A DNA stretch of 64,000 nucleotides from an uncultured delta proteobacterium (GTDB lineage Bacteria > Desulfobacterota > Desulfobacteria > Desulfobacterales > B30-G6): NCBI GenBank assembly GCA_963842925.1, contig CAWJIL010000003.1:249542-313541 (forward strand), given 5' to 3'. Numbering within the stretch: position 1 is the stretch's first letter; every line of letters begins with the position of its first letter. Under the pieces are notes generated by a model, which saw only the letters and a program-made list of their open reading frames with translations, was not told where the DNA came from and did no database searches. A program made the position numbers and the translations under genes. Below are positions 47,068 to 55,552 of the stretch, one piece after another.

Positions 47068-47069
47068 AA

Positions 47070-48461
47070 TTAAAATCCCTCAAACGGTTCCCGTTTGACG
47101 AATCGTCCCCTGCCGATTTGGCCGACAAATGCAAGCTGCTCACCATTCCATTCTGCAACCCGTTTGCCTCTGGAATAGACAGCATAGGGCATACCGGTCA
47201 TTTTCATGCCCTCATAAGGTGTGTAATCGACATTCATGTGAAGTTTATCCTGGGTAATTGTAAATTCCTGCTCCGGATCGAATACAACAATATCGGCATC
47301 CTTGCCCACGATGATTTCACCCTTGTCTTTCAATCCAAACATCCGGGCAGTTCCCGTAGAAAGAACATCCACCATTCGTTCGAGACTGATACGACCTTTG
47401 ACAACACCTTCCGTATGCATCAGCATGAGAAGTGTCTCGATGCCTGGCGCACCGTTGGGAATTTTTTTGTAGTCATCTTTTCCAAACATGTCCTTTTTAC
47501 CATGGAAGTCAAACGGACAATGATCCGTTGCGACCACCTGGACATCCCCACCCTTCAAGCCCCCCCACAAGGCTTCACTGCTCTCTTCTGTTCTCAGCGG
47601 TGGTGACATGACGTACTTGGCACCGTTAAAATCCGCCTCCTTATAGCGATCTTCATTTAGAAGTAAATACTGGGGACAGGTTTCTGCAAACACGTCAATA
47701 CCGTGGTCTCGGGCTTCTTTTACCTTGAAAAGCCCTTCTTTGGAAGAAAGATGGACAATATAGATCCTTGAACCGGTCAACTCCACCATTTTGGCGGCCC
47801 TGGAAACAGCCTCTTCTTCGGCAATATTGGGCCGGCTGACAGCATGGTAATAGGGTGCCAGCTTTCCTTCCCTTTCTAGCACTTCGTTCATGTGCTGAAT
47901 GATATAGACATTTTCCGCGTGGACCTGTACCAACCCTCCATATTTTTTTGTCTCCTCCAGGAGTTTGATCATGGTGGCATCATCCACTCTGAAATCATAT
48001 ACCATAAATATTTTAAAACTGGGGGTACCATAGTCCAGGATTGCCTTTTTGACCTCCTCGATGACCTCCGGTCTCGGATCCATGATAGCTGGATGCAACG
48101 AGAAGTCTACCGCCGCTTTTCCTTCTGCCCATGATTTTTTTCGCTCCAGAGCCTCCAACAGGGATTCACCTTTTTGCTGGAGATCAAAGTCAACCACCGT
48201 GGTGACACCACCGCACGCGGCTGAAATGGTGCCGGTTTCATAGTCGTCCTGGGCACTTGTTCCCATAAACGGCATGGAGATATGGGTGTGGGGATCGATG
48301 GCGCCGGGTAGCACATATTTCCCGGCTGCATCGATGGCTTCATCTGCCTCGACGTCAAGATTCTTTCCAATGGATTTGATCTTATCATCTTCCGCATACA
48401 CGTCCGCGACATAACGCCCGGTCGAGGTAACAATCGTACCACCTTTAATAAGTACACTCAT
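47070..48461 (-). CDS. Dihydropyrimidinase / D-hydantoinase
   Basis: LIKGGTIV.., GAIDPHTH metal-binding motif and cyclic-amidohydrolase length. aggaggg RBS upstream of the ATG at 48461. Confidence 0.92.
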   Translation of the reverse strand: MSVLIKGGTIVTSTGRYVADVYAEDDKIKSIGKNLDVEADEAIDAAGKYVLPGAIDPHTHISMPFMGTSAQDDYETGTISAACGGVTTVVDFDLQQKGESLLEALERKKSWAEGKAAVDFSLHPAIMDPRPEVIEEVKKAILDYGTPSFKIFMVYDFRVDDATMIKLLEETKKYGGLVQVHAENVYIIQHMNEVLEREGKLAPYYHAVSRPNIAEEEAVSRAAKMVELTGSRIYIVHLSSKEGLFKVKEARDHGIDVFAETCPQYLLLNEDRYKEADFNGAKYVMSPPLRTEESSEALWGGLKGGDVQVVATDHCPFDFHGKKDMFGKDDYKKIPNGAPGIETLLMLMHTEGVVKGRISLERMVDVLSTGTARMFGLKDKGEIIVGKDADIVVFDPEQEFTITQDKLHMNVDYTPYEGMKMTGMPYAVYSRGKRVAEWNGEQLAFVGQIGRGRFVKREPFEGF

Positions 48462-49758
48462 TGGGTCCCTCCTTGGTAAATGCTTCAAGCTTGATCTCAT
48501 TTTTCAGGTTTTTATCCATTACCTGGGTTTCATCACGGCTCCATGTTGCGGGCATCTCCTTAAATGAGATCAACCCGGGCACGGGGCAAACAAAGCTGCA
48601 GAGCATGCAGCTCAAACACTTCTCTTCCATCAGTTTGGGTCTGCGCTCTACTGCTTCCCACTCGATGGCCTGGCCAGCGGCATCGGTACATACGGTGTAG
48701 CACTGACCACACCCCACACATTTATCCAGATCATACTGAGCAATACCCTGGCGGGCCAGATCAAAATGATCGGTGGTTTTCAGATTTGGCAGTGCCTTGC
48801 CCACCAGGTCGCCGACCTTTGTTACATTGCGTTGCGTCATAAAGTCCGACAACCCTTCGATCATGTCTTCAACGATTTTGTAGCCATAGTGCATGATGCC
48901 GGTGGTGATTTGTATCGTCGATGCACCCAGCAGGATGTATTCCAGGGCATCAACCCAGGTCTCGATGCCCCCGATGCCCGAGAGTGGCAGCGCGAGTCCT
49001 TCACACCTGGCCATGTCGGCAATGAAATGCAGCCCGATGGGTTTGATAGCCGGCCCGGATGTCCCGCTGACAGCGCCGATGCCGAAAATATTGGGTTTTG
49101 GAACCAGATCTTCCAGACCGATCTCTGATATGCCGCTCACCGTGTTAATGGCGGAGATGGCATCAGCACCGCCATTTTTAGCATATATAGCCGGTTCCGT
49201 CATATCCGTAATATTGGGAGTCATCTTGGCAATCACCGGGATAGAAACCGTATCCTTGACCGTGTTAGTGAATTTTTCAATCAGGTCAAAAGCCTGGCCC
49301 ACATGATGTCCCGACCCCTCGATGCACATATGGGGGCAGGAAAAATTGAGTTCCAGCATGTCTGCACCATTGTCCTCGGACACCTTGGCCAGGTAGGCCC
49401 ACTCTTCATTCGAAAACCCCATGATACTGGATATCAAAACGTGTGCCGGATAATGTTTTTTCAGATAGAGAAAATCGGCCAGGTTGTCCTTCAACGGCCG
49501 ATCGGAAATCTGTTCCACGTTCTGAACCCCCACAACCCGTTTGGCACCATAGTGATAAGCGTTCATCCGTGGGGATGGATGAATGATTTCCAGCCGATCT
49601 GAGTTCAAAGTTTTGAACACCACGCCGGACCAACCAGCCTCAAAAGACCGGGCAACCATCTCGGCACTGTTGGATACCGGAGACGAAGAGAGCAGAAAAG
49701 GGTTCTGAAAGGTCTTCCCGCAGAATTCAATGGATAGATCGATGGCTTGACTGGACAC
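48445..49758 (-). CDS. preA: Dihydropyrimidine dehydrogenase subunit PreA-like (DHOD-fold plus 2x[4Fe-4S])
   Basis: DHOD-like TIM barrel (NFSCPH) and a C-terminal CVGCGQCYTVC / CLSCMLCSFVCP ferredoxin domain. Confidence 0.9.
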   Translation of the reverse strand: MSSQAIDLSIEFCGKTFQNPFLLSSSPVSNSAEMVARSFEAGWSGVVFKTLNSDRLEIIHPSPRMNAYHYGAKRVVGVQNVEQISDRPLKDNLADFLYLKKHYPAHVLISSIMGFSNEEWAYLAKVSEDNGADMLELNFSCPHMCIEGSGHHVGQAFDLIEKFTNTVKDTVSIPVIAKMTPNITDMTEPAIYAKNGGADAISAINTVSGISEIGLEDLVPKPNIFGIGAVSGTSGPAIKPIGLHFIADMARCEGLALPLSGIGGIETWVDALEYILLGASTIQITTGIMHYGYKIVEDMIEGLSDFMTQRNVTKVGDLVGKALPNLKTTDHFDLARQGIAQYDLDKCVGCGQCYTVCTDAAGQAIEWEAVERRPKLMEEKCLSCMLCSFVCPVPGLISFKEMPATWSRDETQVMDKNLKNEIKLEAFTKEGPNECTY

Positions 49759-49850
49759 GATATTACCTCCTGTTACTTTGTAAATAGACCTGGCAGACAG
49801 GTTGGAATGAAGCGAAATGACGGTTTGCTTGGAAAAAGGTCTATTATTTT

Positions 49851-49931
49851 ATCACGAAAACACGAAAGAATAAAAACACGGACTAGAGCACAGAAATATT
49901 TCGCGCTTTCGTACTTTCGTGTTTTCGTGAT
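49851..49931. repeat. Perfect 18-bp inverted repeat in the preT-preA spacer
   Basis: atcacgaaaacacgaaag (49851-49868) and ctttcgtgttttcgtgat (49914-49931), separated by 45 nt. Confidence 0.85.
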
Positions 49932-49969
49932 GTTTTTTATATTAACCGCAATCACTTATACTTGAAACG

Positions 49970-51301
49970 CTACAACGAGCTCAAATACGTTTTGATCGAC
50001 CGGGCTGCTATTTTCCCGTCCTGTACGGCGTTAACCACCAGCGCCGGTCCCCTGACGATATCACCGCCGGCAAAAATTCCCTCCACCGACGTTTTGCCTG
50101 TCTCGGAATCCGTCTGAATCAGATTTTTCGCGTTCAGCTTGATGTTTGGATACCACGCCGGTGACTGGTCATCAGCCTTGTTGCCGATGGCCTCTATGAC
50201 CACGTCGGTGTTCAGAACCCATTCGGAGTTCTCGATGTTGACAGGCGACCGCCGACCGGAAGCATCCACGCCAGCCAGAGACGTACGGACAAGTTTAAGA
50301 CCTTTTATACACCTGTTGTCATCGATGACAAAATCCATGGGCTGGTTCAATAGCAGAAAGTGGATGCCCTTTTGCAGTGCCTCGATTCTTTCATCCTCTT
50401 CAGCCGGCATCTGGGTGTAAGAGCGTCGGTAGACAAGGTAAACATCTTTGGCCCCCAGCCTGGCAGCCGATTCCACACAATCCATCGCCACAGAACCACC
50501 ACCGATGACGGCCACCGTCCTGTTTTCAATTTCCTCTGCCAAGGATTCCAACTGCCCGTCACGCAATCCCTCCAGATACTTCACAGAACTGTAAAGTCCC
50601 TTAATGGGTGGCCCCGCATCTTTCAGACTAACGGCATCCCACAATCCAGGCGCCAGAAACACGGCCTGATAGCCTTTCTTGAGAAGATCCTCTGCACCTT
50701 CCCGGCTGTCTATGGGAGAGGAACATTTGAATTCAACCCCCAGATCTTTGATGTCCGCCATCTCCGCCGCCAGGAAATCCAGGTCAAAACGGAACGAAAC
50801 AACGCCATAGCGCAGCACACCCCCGGGCTCTTTGCGTGCTTCGAAGATCGTGACCCGATAACCGTCCTTGGCCAGCTCCGCGGCACAGCTCAATCCCGCC
50901 GGCCCGGATCCCACCACAGCAATTCTCTCCGGCCGTGAATCTGCTTTCTTTAACACCCTGAAGTCCATTTCCCGGGCATGCTCAACAAGAAATCGCTGGA
51001 TCTTGCCGATAGCGATAGGTTGACCGATACCCGTTGCACTACACTCTTTTTCACACAGCTCGGCTGTGGGACAGAGCACGCCGCAGGCGCCACCTAGAAT
51101 GTTGTTTTCCTTTATGGTTCGAATGGCCCCGGTGATATTTCGAAACCGGAATTTTCGGATGAATCCAGCCGGGTCTGTTTCTGCAGGGCATGCCTTGGAA
51201 CAGGGTGCATCATGGCATAGAAGACAGCGGTCAACCTCTGCCATGGCCTGTCCAAAATCGAATCCTTTGTTCATCTGCTTGAAAAGATCTGCACAATTCA
51301 C
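49970..51301 (-). CDS. preT: Dihydropyrimidine dehydrogenase subunit PreT-like (GltD-family NAD(P)H oxidoreductase)
   Basis: CLLCHDAPCSKACP, CEKECS and IAVVGSGPAGLSCA. Confidence 0.9.
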   Translation of the reverse strand: MNCADLFKQMNKGFDFGQAMAEVDRCLLCHDAPCSKACPAETDPAGFIRKFRFRNITGAIRTIKENNILGGACGVLCPTAELCEKECSATGIGQPIAIGKIQRFLVEHAREMDFRVLKKADSRPERIAVVGSGPAGLSCAAELAKDGYRVTIFEARKEPGGVLRYGVVSFRFDLDFLAAEMADIKDLGVEFKCSSPIDSREGAEDLLKKGYQAVFLAPGLWDAVSLKDAGPPIKGLYSSVKYLEGLRDGQLESLAEEIENRTVAVIGGGSVAMDCVESAARLGAKDVYLVYRRSYTQMPAEEDERIEALQKGIHFLLLNQPMDFVIDDNRCIKGLKLVRTSLAGVDASGRRSPVNIENSEWVLNTDVVIEAIGNKADDQSPAWYPNIKLNAKNLIQTDSETGKTSVEGIFAGGDIVRGPALVVNAVQDGKIAARSIKTYLSSL

Positions 51302-51470
51302 TCAATGGCCTCCTTTTTGAAAAGACTCAGGGCACATCACAATGCCCGACAATAAAAACATATAGAAAATATGCCACATTTTTACAATACAAATCACACC
51401 AAAAACACTTGACGCCGAATCCCTACATAAGATACATGTTGAACCGAAAATAGCTACAATTTAGATACGA

Positions 51471-51518
51471 CCTGAACTGAGCGATTTTTCCCGAAGAAAT
51501 GTGCCAAGATCTTGATGG
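51471..51518. repeat. 48-nt conserved motif, copy 1
   Basis: cctgaactgagcgatttttcccgaagaaatgtgccaagatcttgatgg matches 63565-63612 at 45 of 48 positions. Confidence 0.85.
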
Positions 51519-51650
51519 AGGAGGTTTCGCAAAAACCGCAGGCATACCCGTGGATCTGTCGAGGCTTTTTGCGAACCCTTGATCCGCAAGAGATTGGTGC
51601 AGATCGAGATAAAAAATCATTCAGTTCAGATAATAGAAAAGGGGATCGAC

Positions 51651-52520
51651 ATGTCAAGACTTATTAAGTGTGCCCACATTCAAGCCTCGAATCCAAAACA
51701 CGACGGAACACCTTCTGAAATCAAGCAGGCCATGATCGAAAAACACATTCCCCTCATTCAAGAGGCCGGGGAAAAAGGTGTGAACATCCTCTGTCTACAG
51801 GAAATATTTTATGGGCCCTATTTCTGTTGTGAGCAGGATACCAAGTGGTATGCCACGGCCGAGACCGTACCCGGCCCCACCACCGATCTTCTGGCCGAGT
51901 ACGCCAAAAAATATAATATGGTGATGATAATACCGGTTTACGAAGAAGCCATCGATGGTGTTTACTACAACACGGCTGCCGTTGTGGACGCGGATGGCAA
52001 ATACCTGGGTAAGTTCAGAAAAATACAGATCCCGCACACCTGGCCCGGTTTCTGGGAAAAATTCTATTTCAAACCGGGCAATCTCGGCTTTCCGGTATTT
52101 CAAACCGCCTATGCAAAGATCGGCATCTATATCTGCTATGACAGACACTTCCCCGAGTGTGCAAGGGTGCTGGCCCTAAACGGCGCCGAAATCCTTTTCA
52201 ATCCTTCCGCAACCACGGCCGGAAAATCCCAGTATCTCTGGGAGCTGGAGCAGCCCGCCCAGGCCGTGGCCAACGGTGTCTTTATCGGTGCAAACAACAG
52301 AATCGGTGTTGAAAAACCCTGGGAGTTCGGACGGTTTTACGGTTCCAGCTACTTTGTCGACCCACGCGGCGAAATGCTGGTAAAGGGCAGCGAAGACAAG
52401 GATGAAGTGGTTATCGCAGACCTGGATCTCGATTTGATTCGGGAAGTCAGGGATGGTTGGCAGTTTTTTCGAGACAGAAGACCCGAAATGTACACGGAAA
52501 TCTGTCAGCAATTGCCGTAA
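51651..52520 (+). CDS. Nitrilase-superfamily carbamoyl-amidohydrolase (beta-ureidopropionase by context)
   Basis: CLQE.F..PYFC, the catalytic Cys region ICYDRHFPE, and genomic context with preTA and dihydropyrimidinase. Confidence 0.85.
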   Translation: MSRLIKCAHIQASNPKHDGTPSEIKQAMIEKHIPLIQEAGEKGVNILCLQEIFYGPYFCCEQDTKWYATAETVPGPTTDLLAEYAKKYNMVMIIPVYEEAIDGVYYNTAAVVDADGKYLGKFRKIQIPHTWPGFWEKFYFKPGNLGFPVFQTAYAKIGIYICYDRHFPECARVLALNGAEILFNPSATTAGKSQYLWELEQPAQAVANGVFIGANNRIGVEKPWEFGRFYGSSYFVDPRGEMLVKGSEDKDEVVIADLDLDLIREVRDGWQFFRDRRPEMYTEICQQLP

Positions 52521-52527
52521 TACAGAA

Positions 52528-52566
52528 GGATTCAAGAATTCCAGGGTCCGAGGGTCCGAGGGTAGT
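52528..52566. repeat. Short copy of the ggattcaag / gggtccgagggtccgaggg modules
   Basis: ggattcaagaattccagggtccgagggtccgagggtag. Confidence 0.7.
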
Positions 52567-52585
52567 TGATAGTGATCAGCTAAAA

Positions 52586-52608
52586 GCAGTCTAAAAGACT
52601 GTCTTTTT
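52586..52608 (+). terminator. Weak terminator-like hairpin after the amidohydrolase gene
   Basis: gcagtc-taaaa-gactgt followed by cttttt. Confidence 0.35.
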
Positions 52609-52667
52609 GTTCTTAATTATTAACCCGACCCAATTGAATGGGCAAACAGGAAGGAGGGGCAAGTACC

Positions 52668-54221
52668 ATGAGTGAAGAAAAAAGTGAACACAAACATTGG
52701 ATTGTTTACCCCATCGGGAGCAAGCCTAAATGGGGCCTTGCCGTACTGCTGGGTATCCAGCAGTATTTGACCATGTTCGGGGCAACCGTGCTCATCCCGT
52801 TCATCGTTGGCGGCGCCATGGGTCTTCCCCCCGAGGAGCTAGCGTTATTAATCTCAACCATCTTTTTTACTTCGGGATTGTGTACGCTGATTCAGCAGTC
52901 CCCCCTTGGGAATAAACTGCCTGTTATTCAAGGCGGGACATTCTCTTTTCTAGGGCCTACATTTGCAATTCTCGGTCTGGTCACCGCAGAAAAATTTTCG
53001 GGCGCTGGCATTCCCCTCTGGCAGGTCAAGATCCAAATGGTTTCCGGTGCCATCATGGTGGCATCTGTTGTGGAAATTGTGCTGGGTTACACCGGCATCA
53101 TGGGCCAGGTGCGCAAAATCATCAGCCCCATCGTCATCGGCCCCACCATCGCCATGATTGGGCTTGCCCTTTTCAATATCGGGGCACCCTGGATGGCAGG
53201 CAACTGGATTATTTCGCTTATCACCCTGCTGGCCCTGATTCTCTATTCCCAGGTATTTTCCCACAAATCCAAGGTCTTCATGCTGTTCCCGGTCCTATTG
53301 GCCATCGCAACGGGGTGGGTGTTCTCCCTTTTGGGCACCATCACAGGTATGATCCCCGCGGGTAATGCCGCCAACCTGGCAGGCAAAATGGATCTGATCG
53401 GCTCAGCCGCATGGTTCAGCTTCAAGCCCATGATGCCTTTCAAATGGGGATTTCCGGATTTTGGCAGTTCAGTACTGTGGGCCGGTGCTTTCGGCATGCT
53501 GGCCGGTTATCTGGCCTCTATGATAGAATCCATCGGTGACTACTATGCCTGCGCGCGTATCTCAGAAGCACCTGTACCCACGGGCAAGATGATATCTCGG
53601 GGACTCGGCGCCGAAGGGTTGGGCTGTTTTATCGCCGGCATACTGCAGACCGCCAACGGTACGACCACCTATTCCGAGAACATCGGCTCCATCGGTCTGA
53701 CTAAGGTGGCCAGCCGGCGTGTGGTGCGCTGCGGAGCGGCCGTCATGCTGTTCATTCCCATTATCGGCAAGTTTGGCGCTGTGTTGGCCACCCTGCCGCA
53801 ACCAGTGGTGGGGGCTATGTTCGTGGGCCTGTTCGGTATGATCGCCTCCGTGGGTCTCTCCAACCTGCAGATCGTCAACCTGAACAACTCCCGGAACCTT
53901 TTTATCATCGGCATCAGCTTCTTTGCCGGTTTGAGTGTGCCCTACCACTTCAACCCGATGCTATCCGCAAATGCCGTACCTATAGATTGGAGTGGGGCCG
54001 GGCAATTCATTGCAGTTCTGGGCAACATCTGCCAGGCAATTCTGACCACCGGTATGGCCGTTACTGCCATCCTGGGCATCATCCTGGACAACTTTCTACC
54101 CGGGGCCTCCCGTGCTGAAAGGGGCCTGGAAGTCTGGGAGAGCGAAGCTTCTGACGAAGCCTGGGAAGAAGCAGAAGGTAAATGGGCAGCCATGGAAGAA
54201 GGCGAAATGAGACCCATATAA
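52668..54221 (+). CDS. Nucleobase:cation symporter (NCS2 / uracil-xanthine permease family)
   Basis: NCS2-type polytopic protein (..VIQGGTFSF.., ..ESIGDYYA.., ..TTYSENIG..). ggaaggagggg RBS upstream of the ATG at 52668. Confidence 0.88.
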   Translation: MSEEKSEHKHWIVYPIGSKPKWGLAVLLGIQQYLTMFGATVLIPFIVGGAMGLPPEELALLISTIFFTSGLCTLIQQSPLGNKLPVIQGGTFSFLGPTFAILGLVTAEKFSGAGIPLWQVKIQMVSGAIMVASVVEIVLGYTGIMGQVRKIISPIVIGPTIAMIGLALFNIGAPWMAGNWIISLITLLALILYSQVFSHKSKVFMLFPVLLAIATGWVFSLLGTITGMIPAGNAANLAGKMDLIGSAAWFSFKPMMPFKWGFPDFGSSVLWAGAFGMLAGYLASMIESIGDYYACARISEAPVPTGKMISRGLGAEGLGCFIAGILQTANGTTTYSENIGSIGLTKVASRRVVRCGAAVMLFIPIIGKFGAVLATLPQPVVGAMFVGLFGMIASVGLSNLQIVNLNNSRNLFIIGISFFAGLSVPYHFNPMLSANAVPIDWSGAGQFIAVLGNICQAILTTGMAVTAILGIILDNFLPGASRAERGLEVWESEASDEAWEEAEGKWAAMEEGEMRPI

Positions 54222-54244
54222 ATTCGCTAAGCGAATTTGTTTTC

Positions 54245-54266
54245 AACGGCCATGCCGTTATTTTTT
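54245..54266 (+). terminator. Rho-independent terminator (first of two)
   Basis: aacggc-cat-gccgtt followed by atttttt. Confidence 0.6.
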
Positions 54267-54283
54267 AAACCATTATACATTAG

Positions 54284-54321
54284 CTGAGGGCAGGTTTGAT
54301 AAACCTGCCCTCAGTTCTTTT
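54284..54321 (+). terminator. Strong rho-independent terminator (second of two)
   Basis: ctgagggcaggttt / aaacctgccctcag is a perfect 14-bp stem with loop gat, followed by ttctttt. Confidence 0.85.
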
Positions 54322-54420
54322 GACATCCGTTTCAAACATGTTCAGGATTTAGCTTGACCATGACTGCAGCCCGAATGTATTGAAGGTAAAATGATACATT
54401 TTGCTTTGCTCTATTATTTT

Positions 54421-54457
54421 CACTTGAGCCCTTGTATCATCCTCGAACCCTTGGATT
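54421..54457. repeat. Short copy of the cccttgtatca.cctcgaaccc module
   Basis: cacttgagcccttgtatcatcctcgaacccttggattc. Confidence 0.65.
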
Positions 54458-54505
54458 CTTTTATTTATTACATTAAGATGGAGTTTCTTCTTGCCCAAAC
54501 CGTTT

Positions 54506-54871
54506 ATGAGCATTGTCTATGCACTGCTGATTGCCGTGGGTTTATTGGCCATGTATACGCTTCTCAATGCAGGCAGTCCAAACAGCCTCCTCAGATCTGT
54601 TTTCCCAGACCCATCCTTGGACATTTATATCGCCGTGACATCATCCTTGGTTGTTTTTGTGCTTGGATTTGTGGTATTTTTCAACCGTGACAGTCAGGGA
54701 TTCCGCAATCTCATCGCTTTGAATGGTGACCGGGTCAAACAACTCAGAAACGACGGCCGCACAGATGAAGAAATTGCCGATTCAATCCTTGCAGCCATGG
54801 GAAGTATCAGCGGCTATAAACACAACATGGCCAAAAAGAAACTGGTGATATATTTAGCTGAATTTAAATAA
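54506..54871 (+). CDS. Hypothetical membrane protein (2 TM plus a charged C-terminal tail)
   Basis: The ORF is intact. The ATG at 54506 is preferred over the TTG at 54491. No family was recognised. Confidence 0.45.
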   Translation: MSIVYALLIAVGLLAMYTLLNAGSPNSLLRSVFPDPSLDIYIAVTSSLVVFVLGFVVFFNRDSQGFRNLIALNGDRVKQLRNDGRTDEEIADSILAAMGSISGYKHNMAKKKLVIYLAEFK

Positions 54872-54904
54872 ACGGGAATAACGAGCAAATCAACTACATA
54901 ATAT

Positions 54905-54989
54905 CATAACCGATTTCGCCCTATCCATGGTGAAACCTGAAAGTTGAGCCAAAAGCTATAAGCGCTTAGCTGCTTACCGCTTATAGCTT
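54905..54989. repeat. Fragment of the MITE terminus followed by a REP-like hairpin
   Basis: gatttcgccctatccatggtgaaacctgaaagttg is about 80% similar to the reverse complement of the 9112-9150 terminus. aagctataagcg (54953-54964) and cgcttatagctt (54978-54989) form a perfect 12-bp stem. Confidence 0.65.
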
Positions 54990-55000
54990 AAGGCTGATTT

Positions 55001-55465
55001 ATGACAAATATTTACGCCAACCAGCAATGGCTTTTCATCGCCATAATATTTTTTGGTATCATTGCCTACATCGCCTTTATTCGATGGCGGGACCGGAAAT
55101 GGATCGAAAAGCGTTTCAGGGAGCAGAAAATTATAGCCATGAGCTTTGGGGTTAACTATTTTGGCAGAACCAGCGAACCGGGAAAGCCAAGCCGGAGCAG
55201 CGGGTTTCTCCTGCTTCTGCCGGACCGGGTTTTTTACCGCAGCCGCACCACCGGGCTGGAGTTGAGCATTTTAGGAAAAAACATCGCCCATGTGTACCCT
55301 GACAACAGCATAAAAGGTGTTGATCTGCACCAATCGGTAGTAAAAATCGATTTCATCAATGAACACAGCGAGCAGGACAGCGCTGCCTTCAAGGTTCCCT
55401 ACCCGCCCCAGTGGATCAGTGCCATAGAGATTAATCTTTTATCCCAACGAAAACATACAAAATAG
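55001..55465 (+). CDS. Hypothetical membrane-anchored protein (154 aa)
   Basis: One N-terminal TM helix and a soluble beta-rich domain. No family was recognised with confidence. Confidence 0.45.
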   Translation: MTNIYANQQWLFIAIIFFGIIAYIAFIRWRDRKWIEKRFREQKIIAMSFGVNYFGRTSEPGKPSRSSGFLLLLPDRVFYRSRTTGLELSILGKNIAHVYPDNSIKGVDLHQSVVKIDFINEHSEQDSAAFKVPYPPQWISAIEINLLSQRKHTK

Positions 55466-55552
55466 ATATTGCGATCTTAAACTTTCCTGATATATGTAAG
55501 GTTTGAGGAAAAAAAGGAATATAATATTTAACAATGTATTAAAGGAGGAATC

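Noticed and set aside
51486-51512. Sigma-54 promoter on the minus strand (cTTGGCACatttcTTCGgg) driving preT, given the NifA-like activator in the window.
   Set aside because: The -12 element reads TTCG instead of TTGC, so GG-N10-GC spacing is not satisfied. In addition, the second copy of the same motif at 63.6 kb points antisense into gdhA, so it behaves as a repeat rather than a promoter.
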